Source: the human T2T-CHM13v2.0 reference genome, Homo sapiens. Taken from it: DNA of 64,000 nt. The translations under genes were made by a program, and so were the position numbers. Position 1 is the stretch's first letter. The number at the start of each line of letters is the position of its first letter. The notes beneath the pieces were generated by a model. The model was not told the DNA's origin. It saw nothing but the letters and a program-made list of their open reading frames with translations, and made no database searches. This document shows positions 32,454-46,665 of the stretch, piece by piece. The DNA is taken from assembly GCF_009914755.1 (NCBI RefSeq), contig NC_060947.1. One strand, given 5' to 3'.

Positions 32454-35365
32454 CCTTGTTTGCAGATTATATAATCTTTTATTTGGAATAAACAAAAGAC
32501 TCCACAAAAAAACTACTAGAATTGATAAATTCAGTAAAGTTGCAGGATACAAAATCAACATAAAAAGTGGGATTTCTATATGCCAACAGTGAACAATCTG
32601 AAATGGAAATCAAAAAAGTAATTCCATTTACAGTAGCCACACATAAAATTAAATACCTAGCAATTAACTAAACACAAGAAGTGAAAGTTCTCTATAATTA
32701 AAATTTTAAAGCACTGGTGAAAGAAATTGAAGAGGAAAAAAATGAAAAAAATATTCCACATTTATGGATTGAAAGAATCAATATTTTAAAAATGCCCATA
32801 CTACTCAATCTACAGATTAAATGAAATCCCTATCAAAATAGAAATAACATTCTTCACAGAAATAGAAAAAAACAACTCTACAATTTATATTGAACCATAA
32901 AGACCCAGAATAGCCAAAGCCATCCTGAACAAAAAGGCTAAAACTGGAAAAATCATATTACCTGACTTCAAATTATACTACAAAGCTATAGTAACCAAAG
33001 CTGGAAGGTACTGACATAAAAACAGACACACGACCAATGGAAAAGAATAGAGAACCCAGAAACAAGTTCACACATTTACAGCAAATTCATTTATGACAAA
33101 GGTGCCAAGAACATGCATTGGGGAAAAGACAGTCTCTTCAATAAATGTTCCTGGAAAAACTGGATATCCATATGCAGAAGAATGAAACTAGACCCCTATC
33201 GCTCAGCATATAAAAATCAAATCAAAATGAATCCAAAATTTAACTCTAAGACCCTGGTTAATAAACTACCACAAGAAAACATCTGGGAAAATCTCCAGGA
33301 CATAAGTCTGGGCAAACATTTTTTAAGTAATACCCCACAAGCACAGGCAACCAACGCAAAAATGTACAAATAAGATTACATCAAGTTAAAAAGTTTCTGC
33401 ACAGTGAAGGAAATAACCAACAAAGTGAAGATGCAACCCACATAATGGGAAAAAACGTCTTCAAACTAACCATCTACCAAGGGATTAATTACCACAATAT
33501 ATAAGGAGCTCAAACAACTCTACAGAAACTATTTAATAATCCAATCAAAAATGGGCAAAATATTTGAATAGATATTTTTCAAAAGAAGACATACAAATGG
33601 CAAACAGGCATATAACAAGGAGGTTAACATTATTGATTATCAGAGAAATGCAAATCAAAACTACAATGAGCTATCATCTCACACCAGTTAAAAAGGCTTG
33701 TATCAGAAAGTCAGGAAATAACAAAAGCTGAGGAGGATGTGAAGAAAAGGGAACCATCATGCACTGCTGGTGGGAATGTAAGTTAGTATAGCCACTATGG
33801 AGAACAGTTTGGAAGTTCCTCAAAAATACTAAAAATAGAGCTACCATATGATACAGCAATCACACTACTGGGGATATACTCAGAAGTAGGGAAATTAGTA
33901 TATCAAGGAGATATCTGCACTCCCATGTTTGTTGCAGCATTGCTCACCATAGCCCAAATTTGGAAGCAACCTATGTGTCCATCAACAGATGAATGGATAA
34001 AAGAAATGTGGTACTAATACAAAATAGAGTATGGTTCAGCCATAAAAAAGAATGATATCTTGTCATTTACTACAACATTAATAGAACTTGAGGTCATTAT
34101 GGGCTAAGTGAAATAAGCCAGGCAGAGAACGCAAACATCACATGTTCTCACTTATTTGTGGAATTAAAAAGTCAAAACAATTGAACTCATGGAGATAGAG
34201 AGTAGAAGGATGGCCACCAGAGGCTGGGAAGGGTGATGGGAAGGTGGAGGACTGTGCAGGGGGGAGCATGGGGATGCTTAATTGGTACAAAAAATAGAAA
34301 AACATAAATAAGATCTAATATTTGATAGCACAACTGGGTGACTATAGTCATGAACAATTTAATTGTACACTTAAAAATAACTAAAAGGGTATAATTGGAC
34401 TGTTAGTAACAAAAAGGACAAATGGTTGAGGGGATGGGTACCCCATTTTACATGATGTGATTTTTATGCATTGTATGTCTGTATCAAATCATCCCATGTA
34501 CCCCATAAATACGTACACCTACTATGTACCTACAAAAATTAAAATAAAAAATATTTGAAAAATAAAATAAAACTATATCCTGAAATATGGTCAGCTGTCT
34601 CATGCCATAGTGACTCCAAAAACATAAAAAGGTAAAATGTGCTTATATTTAATTGTTAGGTTTTCAATCGTATAACTAAAAATATTGTTGTAGGCCATTG
34701 ATTACAAGGAAAATTGGGTAGGAAGTTTTAAATAAATCAGTGCAAAACTAACAGTATTGAGGATGCCTCATTAGAGTGCCTTTGTGTATAAAGGAGACAA
34801 TGACATTTTTATGTCATTTTTTGAACATTTTTATGAACATGGGTGAAAGGAAACAAATTAAGTTACCTATAATATTTGTATTTCAACAGTAAATGTGCTG
34901 ACAATATATATATTATTTTGTCTGGTTTGAGTTATATTTTTATCAATAGCCTTTGCTTTGGATATGTTTACCTTTCAAAGTGTGGGTAATATAGTTAATG
35001 AAATATGCCTTGCCTAAAATAGTGACACAGAAATTATGTGAACCTGGCTTCATTATTATGAAGGATTTGGGAATAAATTGAAAATCCTTCTCTGTTCCCT
35101 GTAACATTAGTCACTTCCTCAAAGATGCAGAGAGTTTGCCATTTCCTTTATGTTTGAAAGAAGTCTGAGACATAGGATGGATTTGTGTTCTCTGATATTG
35201 TGATGGTTTTTGTACAATTCTAGAGAACCTTTTTTTTTCCTATTGATTGTGTTTATACTTATATTGTTTCTTCCCAAACAGAGAAAACATAACAAAGTGC
35301 ATAGGTTGATAGATATTTTACCTTGTTCAATCGGATGGTTTTTTTCTTTGGATTGCTTTCATCTT

Positions 35366-35660
35366 TTTTTTTTTAATTTTTTTTTTTGAGACGGAGTCTC
35401 GCTCTGTCACCCAGGCTGGAGTGCAGTGGCGCCATCTCGGCAAGGTAGGCCTCCCGGGTTCACACCATTCTCCTGCCTCAGCCTCCCCAGCAGCTGGGAC
35501 TACAGGCATCCGCAACCACGCCCAGCTAATTTTTGTATTTTTAGTAGAGACGGGGTTTCACTGTGTTAGCCAGGATGGTCTCGATCTCCTGACCTTGTGA
35601 TCCGCCCTCCTCGGCCTCCCAAAGTGCTGGGATTACAGGCGTGAGCCACCACGCCCTGCC
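35366..35660 (-). mobile_element. AluY
   Basis: ccattctcctgcc and gtgttagccaggatggtctcgatctcctgacc diagnostics; TSD tgcttt(c/t)atctt at 35354-35365 and 35661-35672. Confidence 0.95.
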
Positions 35661-38600
35661 TGCTTTTATCTTTCTTTCTTGCTATGTGGTCACTTAAACA
35701 GCTGTAGATCTGTTGCTTTTATATTAGAAATCTCAGACTCATGGGTGAATTTGACAACAAATGATTTGTTGTATTCAGTATTCTTTTTCTTTTCAAACTA
35801 TTCAACAAATAATAGAGGGGGAAAAAGCAAATTGTGACACATTATCTTGTCCTCCTCAAACTCTGTATGAGGAGACTCAGGAGGTATTACCTTGTCAGCT
35901 GATTTTTTAATTTCTCCCTCTTCACATATTATCTGAAAAGTATTCTCTCCTGGTTATTATTTTGAGATTGAAAAGGACCCTGACAGCGACAAAAATACAG
36001 AATTAGATGTTCTAACGCTTTGCAGAAGCTCTTCTATTTCTAACATTTGAAAGAAAAATTTTGGAAGTTTTACGTATCGAATGACAAGATTTTCACCTGA
36101 ATTCTGGGCTGTAAATAATTTACAATCTCTGGAGAAATTAATGGAGATGTAATGGGTGGCAGATCAAGGGTGTGTTGTTTCTTTTATGTCCTTAAAAAGG
36201 GAAGGCGTTATAATCTAATTTAGGCAGTCAGGACCTTCTCTTATTATATATAAGCATACAATAGCTTATTATCCACGTCACATTATGTTGTGAAAGAAAT
36301 AATCAATGAGTGTCCACAGTATGGTAGATGATGGTTTTCTAATATGCAGCTTTTCCTGGTTGCCAAGGAACTTCAGCAAAGCAATTAGCAATTCCCTAAG
36401 AATAGTGTATTTTGGTCTTACAAAAAGCACTGACGTTAAAAATCCCAGATACACTAACTTTTTTTTTTCTGGATTGTTATCGCCTGGCTATTTAAAAAGC
36501 ATTTTTCAATACTCTGAATTTCATTTCATGACAAATGTGATCGTTCTATTTGGATCTTAAATTACCTTTTAATCATTTTCTCATTATCTCTACTATGTAC
36601 CATTCTAGAGGAAGGGAAGAGGTGCAGGTGGATGTCTGTGAAGTATGGCTGAATAGAGAGAAAAAATTCTTCTTCTATTGATGCACAGGGTTGGTGTGGG
36701 CTTTTCTTTGAATTTGTAATTTGATTTTTAACTTAAATTTATTTTCCCATTCTTAATTTTCCTGACTCTATTTATGTACACATGGATAAAATTAGATAAC
36801 AGTATCTGAGGTTTTTGGATAACCAAATATAACTCAAAACTTTTCTCCATTGTTTTCTTTCAGTTGTGCTCTTATTGCAAATAATTCTGATAATCTTGAT
36901 TGTTTTTAACTTTTCTCCGCTTCCCATCAGGTGATTCCATAGCTCCTTATGATGTGAAACACAATCACCCCACTTCAGAATGTTATATTATTTCTCTGAA
37001 GGCCAGCAGTGTGGAATAGGTAAATGAAGATAAAATAGATCAAGGCGAAAAATTGTAAAGAGCCTAATATTGCAATTTGCTGCTGTCTCATGAAACTGCC
37101 AGTAATTTAATTATTCATTCAATAAATATTTACCCAGTCTATTATATACTGGGCACTCTGCTGGGTATTGGATGTGTAACAGGAATGCAGTTATAGTAAT
37201 GAGTGATATTATATTGCAAGATGAACTATAAAAATTAATAAGTCTAATTTTACATATTGGCTATATTATTTTAAAAATTAAGAGCTGAATACAATTTTCA
37301 CACACAATAGGAAAGTACCAAATGTAAAGACATCCCACCTAGTCCCAAAATAAGATTTTTTATTCTACTCACCATTTGTTGAGACTTTATAACACTTGTA
37401 AACCCTTTAATCTTCACAGTTAAAATATAATCCAATAACGGAAACCAAACGTGATAATCAAAATAATTAAATGTTTATAAAATAAAGCCCAAGAGACATT
37501 GTTGGCAGAATTGAGCACATTTTGAGAAAAAAATATTTAATTTGGGAGAATAGTACAACAATATAGAGACAATTATTCTCAGTCTATGAAGGCAGAGGAA
37601 GTATTTAAATATGTAAATTATAATCTTAGAGAAAATGTAGAACTTTAAAAAATCAGGACAGTGAAAATTATTGCCAAGGGAATCTGTACATAACTGGAGA
37701 TGGTTGAATTAACTGTTCCTAGATAAAATTTGCTCTAAAAATGGTGACTAAAATTTTGGAATACATCAAAGGTAAATTTTCTCTCTGAGGCTTGGCCATT
37801 TTTTTCTATATTTATTGTAATATTAATTTTAAACATCTGTGTTTAAACATCAGTCAGATACTTTCAAAATAAGTATCATAATCATTAAAAAACAAAATCG
37901 GATGATAGAAACTTTATCTCCTTTACTTCATTTCTGTATGTTGTTTGTTGTTTTGATGGAACATTTCATATTTTGCCCAGCTCCATTTTGTCTTCAGTAG
38001 ACAGATTTCTGTAACTGTCTTTACAGAATCATGACAACTATATGTATCCAAACCTCAGCATTTCTAAAGCTACGTCTATCCTTAAAATATAGGTAGATAA
38101 AATATATTTTAAATTTGTAAGTAATGAAAATAGAAAATTATGTAAAGTAAAATATATAAATTAATTGCCTTCCATATTGATAATAACAAAGAAAGGATTC
38201 ACCTTCTTTTTAATATTAGGAAAGACATGAAACCTCTAAATAAAAAAAGGGTGCCAAAGCAATGTTCTCATCTTGATTCCATCTTTATCCTTTCTAGTCT
38301 GTATTCCTGTCACTCTTTCTCCACTGATTTATATTTACATTCTTCCAGTCCATTAGAAATATCCACATTTGATTTTAGACAGACTTCATTTTTTTTGCCA
38401 CTGAGGATGATGGAGAATTTTCCTTTTAATGGAGTATGCCTTACTAATGTAAACATTTTTACTTTCATTTAAGTGTAATGTTTCACTGCACATAATGTCA
38501 AAGGGGTTACAGATTAACTGTATTTATTTAATAAGATACTCTCTGAGTTGCTTTTCTTTAAATAAACCTAAGTTGTACAATAGGATCCATTAAAGTCAAT

Positions 38601-40016
38601 TTCTGTGTAAGATAGCACATCTGGCTGCTTTATGTGAACAGTTTGCAACATAAAATATGTATTTATATTATATGATTGCATATACTACTACTGTAATTCT
38701 ACAACACAAATACTTGTACTGATGTTCAAAGCTGTATATTTTTAGTTTACATTTCTTCTTTAGTTGATGTCTAAACCTTGGATTTTGAAGTGAAAAAAAT
38801 CACCTTTATTGTATAAAAGGTTGAATGGCATAATTGAGATTTGGAGTTTTAGTAAATTCTCACAGAGGTGCAAAATAATAGAAATAACTTAAAAGTAGAG
38901 AGGTTATGCGAAGTTTAAGAATTTAGACACAATAGGCAGTATTAGTTTTATAGTGAGTATGTTTTTTCTTCTTATGTGTTTAGCTCTATAATACTGATAA
39001 TTGACAAATAAAATATTTTGTGTCATAAGATGCTTCTATCCAGGCATTTAATGTTTTTCAGATTGTAAGACGCTTTTCCTCCATTGGAATAAATTGTTTT
39101 CTAACTCACACACCAATAGTTTCACTTTGAAGGGTTCTCACTTTTGAAGAAATATGTTGAAGAAAATGATCTGGATGATTAAGTAGAAAGAGGTTGATGA
39201 ATAGCCAAGTAAAAATAGCACCTGTAGCCGTGTAAATTCACAGGGCATTTACAGGAAAATAATTGAAAATAATTGCAAAATCAAGAAATTGATCTTCATG
39301 CAGCACATTCTATGGCCTAAAGAAACTAGTAAGCCATTTTGCTTGTCAAGACTATTTTCTGAATTCTTATGGATGACATATATGTTATGGGGATATGTGG
39401 TAAGTGTCTTCTGTCCTTAACAAAACTATTGAGGCCCATAAGAAGGATATTAAGCTAATAATAAAGTATTTTAAAAATTATTTTAATGTGACCTCAGAGG
39501 AATACGTCTGAGATTTTTTTTTTTTTAATTTCAGCTTTTATTTTAGATTCTGAAAGTACATATGTAAGGTTGTTACAAGGGTATATTTGACCCAGGTGGT
39601 GAGCATAGTACCCAGTAGGTAGTTTTTAAACCTATGCTTCCCTCTCTTCCTCCCTCCTCTAGCAGTCTGCAGCATTTTCCCCCCCACCATGTTTATGTGT
39701 ATACTTTCTCAATGTTTAGCTCCCACTTATAATAAAAAAGCATGCAGTATTTGTTTTTCTGTTCCTGTGTTAATTCGCTTAAGATAATGTCCTCCAGCTC
39801 CATCCATGCTGCTTCAAAGGACATGATCTCATTCATTTTTGGGACTGTGTACTATTCCACAATGTATATGTACTATATTTTATTTATCCAGTCCACCGTT
39901 GATGGGCACCTAGGCTGATACCATGTCTTTGCTATTGTGAATAGCACTGCAATGAACATACAAGTGCATATATCTTGTTGGTATAATGATCTATATTCCT
40001 TTGGGTATATACCCAG

Positions 40017-40393
40017 TGTATTACTTCATTCCCACATTGCTATAAAGAACTACCTGAGTCTGGGTAATTTATAGGAAAGAGGTTTAATTGTATTACAGTT
40101 CCACAGGCTGTACAGGAAGCATGGCTGCGGAGGCCTCAAGAAAATTACAGTTATGGCAGAAGGTGAAGGAGAAGCAGGCACATCTTACATGGCTGGAGAA
40201 GGAGGAAAAGAGTGAATGGGAAGGTGTCACACACTTTTAAACAACCAGGTCTTGTGAGAACTCACTGTCACTAGAACAGCAAGGGGGAAATCCACCCCCA
40301 TGATTCAATCACCTCCCACCAGGCTCCTCCTCCAACATTTGGGTTCACAATTCGACATGAGATTTGGGCGGGGACACAATCCAAACCCTATCA
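40017..40393 (-). mobile_element. MSTA-like solo LTR (ERVL-MaLR)
   Basis: tgtatta...tgctataaagaactacctgag...aggctgtacaggaagcatgg...ccaaaccctatca; perfect 5-bp TSD cccag at 40012-40016 and 40394-40398. Confidence 0.93.
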
Positions 40394-43300
40394 CCCAGTA
40401 ATGGTTTAATGAGTTTAATGGTGGCTGTGTTTTAAGATCTTTGAGAAATATCGAACTACTTTCCACAGTGGCTAAACTAATTTACATTCCCACAGGCAGT
40501 GTATAAGCATTCTCTTTTCTCTGCAGCCTCACCAGCAACTGTTGTTTTTTGACTTTTTATTAATAGCCATTCTGACTGGTGTCAGGTAGTATTTCACTGG
40601 GTTGATTTGCATTTCTCTAAGGGTTAGTGATAATAAGCATTTTTCATATATTTGTTGGCCACATGTGTGTCTTCTTTTGAAAAGTGTTCATGTCCTCTGC
40701 TCATTGTTTAATGGGGTGATTTGATTTTTCTTTGTTGAATTCTTGCAGTTTATTGTAGATCCTACATATTAGACATTTTTTAGGTGTGTAATAGTTTGTG
40801 ATTATTTTCTCCCGTTCTGTATCCTGTCTGTTTACTTTGTTAATTGTTTCTTTTGCTGTGCAGAAGCTCTTTTGTTTAATTAGGTCTTGCTTCACTTTTT
40901 ATTTTTATTGAAATTGCTTTTGGGAACTTGGCCATAAATTATTTGCCTATATTGAGAAAGGTATTTTCTAGGTTTTCTTCTAGGATTTTTATGGTTTGAT
41001 GTATTACATTTAAATTTTTAATTCAATTTGAGTTTGATTTTGTACATGATGAAAGGCAGGCATCTAGTTTCATTCTTCCACATATGGCTAGCCAGTTATC
41101 CCAGCAACATCTATTGATGAGGGAGTTTTTTCCCCATTGCTTGTTTTTGTTGGTCTTGTTGAAGATCCGATGGTTGTAGATGTGCAGCTTCATTCCTGAG
41201 GTTTTTTTTTTGTTCCATTGATCTCTGTGTGTGCTTTCATATCAGTATCACCTTATAGCATAGTTTCAAGTCAGGTTATGTGATGCCTCTGGCTTTCTTC
41301 TTTTTGCTTATTATTTGGGCTCTTCTTCTGGTTCCATATGAATTTTCAAATAGTTTTTTCTAATTCTGTGAAAATTGTCATTGGTAGTTTGATAGGAATT
41401 GAATATAATCTGTAGATTACTTTGCCATTTTAATGATATTGATTCTTCCAATGCATGAGCAGTGGAATGTTTTTTCATTTATTTGTGTCATCTCTGATTT
41501 CGTTCAGTAGTGTTTTGTAGTTCTCCTTGTAGAAATTGTTTAACTCTTTGGCTAGCTGTAGTTTTATGTATTTCATTTGGTCTATGGCTATTGTAAATGT
41601 GATTGTGTTGTTAATTTGACTCTCAGCCTGGACATTATTGGTTTACAGAAATGCTACTGATTTATATGACATTGATATGTATCTTGATGTCTTGCTAAAA
41701 TCATTTATCAGTTCTAGTAGCCTTTTGGCAGAGTCTTTAGGTTTTCTAAGTATAGAATTGTATCCTCAGTGAAGACAGAGAGTTTGACTTTCTTTCTAAT
41801 TTGGATGCCTATTATTTATTTTTCTAGCCTGATTGCCCTGTTTAGGACTTCCAGTTATATGTTGAATGGGAGGGGTGAGAGTGAAAATCCTTCCCTTGTT
41901 TCAGTTTTCCAGGGGAATGTTTCCAGCTTTTGCCCATTCAGTATGATGTTGGCTATAGGATTGCCATAGATGGCTCTTATTATTTTGAGGTATGTTCCTT
42001 TGTTTCCTAGTCTGTTGAAATTTTTAATTATGAAGGGATGTTGGATTTTATCAAAAGCCTTTTCTGCATCTACTGAGATGATCATTTTTTTTTAATTTTA
42101 ATTTTGTTTATGTGGTGAATCACATTTTGACTTGCATATACTGAACCAACCTTGGATCTCAGGAATAAAACCTACTAGATCATGGGAAATTAGCTTTTTA
42201 ATGTGGTTCTGGATTCAATTCACTAGTATTATGTTGTGTATTTTTGCATCTATGTACACCAGAGATATTGGTCTGAAGTTTTCTTTATTTATTGCGTCTC
42301 TGCCAGATTTTGATACTAAGCTGATGCTGGCTTCACAGGAGTTTGGGAGGAGCTCCTCCTCATCCATTTCTTGGAATAGTTTCGGTAGGATTTGGACCAG
42401 TTTTTCTTTGTATGCCTGTTAGAATTTTGCTGTAAATCCATCTGTTCCAGGGCTTCTTTGCGTTGGTAGGTTTTTATTATTACTGATTCAACTTCAGAGC
42501 TCAATATTTGTCTATTCAGTGTTTCAGTTTCTTCTTGATTCAATATGGACAGACTGTGTTTCAGGAATTTATCCCTTTCTCACGGATTTTTTAATTACTA
42601 TGCACAAGTTTGTTAATAGTTTTCCAGAAGGATCTTTTGTATATCTGTGGGATTAGTTGTCCTGTCATTTTTGTCATTTCTGATTGTACTTTTTGAGTCT
42701 TCTCTCTTTTTTTCTTTGTTAATCTAGCTAGACATATATCATCAATCTTATTCATGTTTTAAAGAACCCACTCTTGGTTTCATTGGTCTTTCATAGGGAT
42801 TTTTGCATCTCAACAGCATTCAGTTCTCTAATTATAGTTATTTCTTTTCCTCTGCTAGCTTTGAGGTTGACTTGTTCTTTTATTTCTGTTTCTTTAGGTG
42901 CAAGGGTAGCTTGTTAATTTGAGATCTTTCTAACTCCTTGATGAAGGTGTTTACAGCTATAAACTTACAAATTAACCCTGCTTTTGCTGTATCCTCAAGA
43001 TTTAGGTAACTTATGATCACATGTTCATCATTGTCACATATATATTTTTTTACTTCTACCTTAATTTGATGTTCACCAAGGAGTTACTCTGGAACAAGTT
43101 GTTTAATTCCCATGTATGTCTGTAGTTTTGGTATATCTTCTTGACGTTGATCTCTATTTTAATTGCATTGTGGTCTGAGGATATGTGTGGTATGATTTCA
43201 ATTTTTTTGAACTTATTGAGTTTAAGAAAACTTTATGACTGAGCATGTGGTCAATTTTAAAATAAGTTCCATATGCAGTTGAGAGGAATGTATATTTTTT

Positions 43301-46300
43301 GGTTGTTTGATAGAGTGTTCTGTAGATGTCTATTCAGTCCAATTGGTCGAGTGTTGACTTTAAATCTAGAGTTTCTTTTGCCTCAATGATCTGTCTAATG
43401 CTATCAGTGGGTTGTTGAAGTCTCCCACTATTATTGTGGTTCTTTAATTCCTTTTGTAGGCCGAGAAGTTGTTTTGTAAATCTGGATGCTCCAATGTTGG
43501 ATGTTTATATATTCAGGGTAGTTAGGGCTTCTTGTTAGATTGTACCCTTTTTTATTATGTAATGTTCTGCTTTATCTGTATTATTTTTTATTTGTTTAAA
43601 ACCTACTTTATCTTATATAATAACAACTTCTGCTCTTTTTTTTTCCATTTGCATGGTAGATCTTTTTCCATCCTTTTACTTTTAGCCTGCGGGTGTCATT
43701 AAAAGTGAGATGGGTCTCTTGAAAATAACAGATGGTTGGGTCTTTTCTTTTTTTCCAGCCTGCCACTCTATGTCTTTCAAGCAGGGCATTCAGCCCATTT
43801 ACATTTAAGGTTAGTATTGATATGTGTGATTTTAATCCTCTCATCATGTTGTTAGCTGGTTGTTATGTAGACTTGATTGCATAGTTACTTTATAGTGCCT
43901 GTGAGCTATGTGCTTAAGCGTGCTTTTGTGGTAGCAGGTGTCATTATTTTTGTTCCCTGTTTAGCACTCTCTTAAGAACCTCTTGTAAGGCTGGTCTAGT
44001 TGAAACATATTCCCTCAGCATTTGCTTGTGTGAAAAGAGCTTTATTTCTCCCTTACTTATGAAAATTAGTTTGGCAGGATATGAAACTCTTAGTTGGAAT
44101 TTATTTTCTTTAAGGACACTGAAAATTGATCTTTAATCTCTTCTGGCTTGTAAGGTTTCTGCTGAAAAGTTTTCTCCTAGCCTGGTGGCACTCCCTTTTT
44201 ATGTGACCTGGCCCTTTCTCTAGCTGCCTTTAAGACTTTTGTTTGTTTTTTTGCATTCTCTTTCATGAAGCTGATGATTATGTGCTTTGTGGATGGTCAT
44301 CCTACATAGTGTCTAGCCAGGGTTCTCCCTATTAGTTGGATTTGCATGTCAAACTCTATGAAGATTAGAAAAATATTCATGAAATATGTCCTCAAACATT
44401 TTCAAGTTGGTAATTTTTTTTCCTCCCTCAGAAATGCTGATGAGTCATAGATTTGGTCTCTTTATGTAATCTCATACATCTCAGAGGTTTTGTTTATTTT
44501 TTTATTTCATTGCAACTATTGTTTTAGATTTAACTGGTCCATGAGCAGGTTTGTTACATGGGTAAATTGCATGTCATGGGGTTTTGGTGTACAGAAAATA
44601 TTGTCACCCAGGTGGTCAGCATAGTACCCCATAGGTAGTTTCTCAATCCTCACCCTTTTTCCACCGTCAACCATCAAGTAGGCCCCAGTGTCTATTGTTC
44701 CCTTTGAGTCCATGTAAATTCAGTGTTTAGCTCCCACTTATAAGTGAGAACATGCAGTATTTGGTTTTCTGTTTTTGGGTTAATTTGCTTAGATGAATGG
44801 CTTCCAGCTCCATTGTTGCTGCAAATGACACAATTTCATTCTTTTTTATGAATCTGTAGTATTCCATTGTGTATATGTACCACATTTTCTTTATTCAGTC
44901 CACGGTTGATAAGCATCTAGGTTGATTCCATGTCTTTGCTGTTACGAATAGTGCTGTGATGAACATATACGTGTATGTGTCTTTAGTAGAATGATTTGTA
45001 TTTCTTTGGGTATGTAGCTAGCAGTGGAATTGCTGGGTCTAATGGTAGTTCACTTTTAAGTTCTCTGAGAAATCTATTTTTCACAGTGGCTGAAGTAATT
45101 TATATTCCCGCTAGCACTGTATAAATATTCCTTTTTATCTGTGACCTTACTATCATCTTTTATTTTTTGACATCTTAATAATAGCTATACTGACTGGTGT
45201 GAGGCTATATATTTTTGTGGTTTTGTGATTAGTGATGTTGCATATTATTTTATAGGCTTGTTGGCTACGTGAATGTCTTCTTTTGAGAAATGTCTGTTCA
45301 TGTCCTTGACCCATTAGTAATTTTTCTTTTTTCTTTCTTTTTTTTTTTTTTTGCTTGTTGATTTGCTTAAGTTACTTATAGATTCTGGATATCTGGATAT
45401 TAGATGTTTTTCAGATGTATAACTTGCAAATATATTCTCAACTTCTGTAGGTTGTCTTTTTACTCTGTGTATAATTTCTTTTGCTTTGCAGAAGCTCTTT
45501 AGTTTAATTATGTCTTCTCAATTTTGGTTTTTGTTGCAATTGCTTTTGTAGTCTTTGTCATGAGGTCTTTGCCAGGGCTGATATCCAGAGTGGTCTTTCT
45601 TAGGTTTTCCTCTAGGGTTTTTATAGTTTTAGGTTTTACATTTAAGTCTTTAATCCATCTTGAGTTGATTTTGTATATGATGAAATGTAAGGGTCCAGTT
45701 TCAATCTTTTGTATATGGCTAGCCAGTTATTCCATCACCATTTATTGAATAGGGATTCATTTTCCCATTGCTTGTTATTCTCAACTTTGTTAAAGATCAG
45801 ATGGTTATAGGTGTGTGGCTTAATTTCTGAGTTCTCTAACCTGTTCCATAATTCTATGTGTCTGTTTTTTATCAGTAGTAAGCTGTTTTAGTTACTGTAT
45901 TCTTGTAGTATAGTTTGAAGCTGGGTAGTGTGATACCTCCAGCTTTGTTCTATTTGCTTAGGATTGCTTTGGCTATTTGGGCTCTTTTTGGGTTTCAAAT
46001 AAATTTTAGAAATTTTTTTCTAATTCTGTGAACAACATTATTGGTAGTTTGATAGGAGAAGCATTGAATCTGTAAATTGCTTTTGGCTGTATGATCACTT
46101 TTACAACATTGATTTTTCCTATCAATGAGCTTGAAATATTTTTCCAGCTGTGTGTGTCATTTCTGATTTCTTTCAGCAGTGTTGCTTTGTTATTTTTCTT
46201 TAAGAGATCTTTAACATCTCAATTTAACTGTATTTCTAGGCATTTTATTCTTTTTATGTCTATTGTGAATGGGATTGCATTCTTGATTTGGCTCTGAGCT

Positions 46301-46332
46301 TGGACATCATTGGTGTATAGAAACGCTACTGA

Positions 46333-46665
<333 letters not shown>

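Larger units (their letters stand above)
27509..34568 (+). mobile_element. Originally full-length L1MA1-3-like element (5'UTR, ORF1, 3' half of ORF2, 3'UTR), interrupted by THE1
   Basis: 5' end caagatggc...; ORF1 KDKERILKAVRE and RPVLQEMLKGVL; RT resumes at ttgtttgcagattat; 3'UTR atttgatagcacaactgggtgactatagtc; candidate TSD aaaattgtgtcctga (27494-27508) / aaaactatatcctga (34569-34583). Confidence 0.9.
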
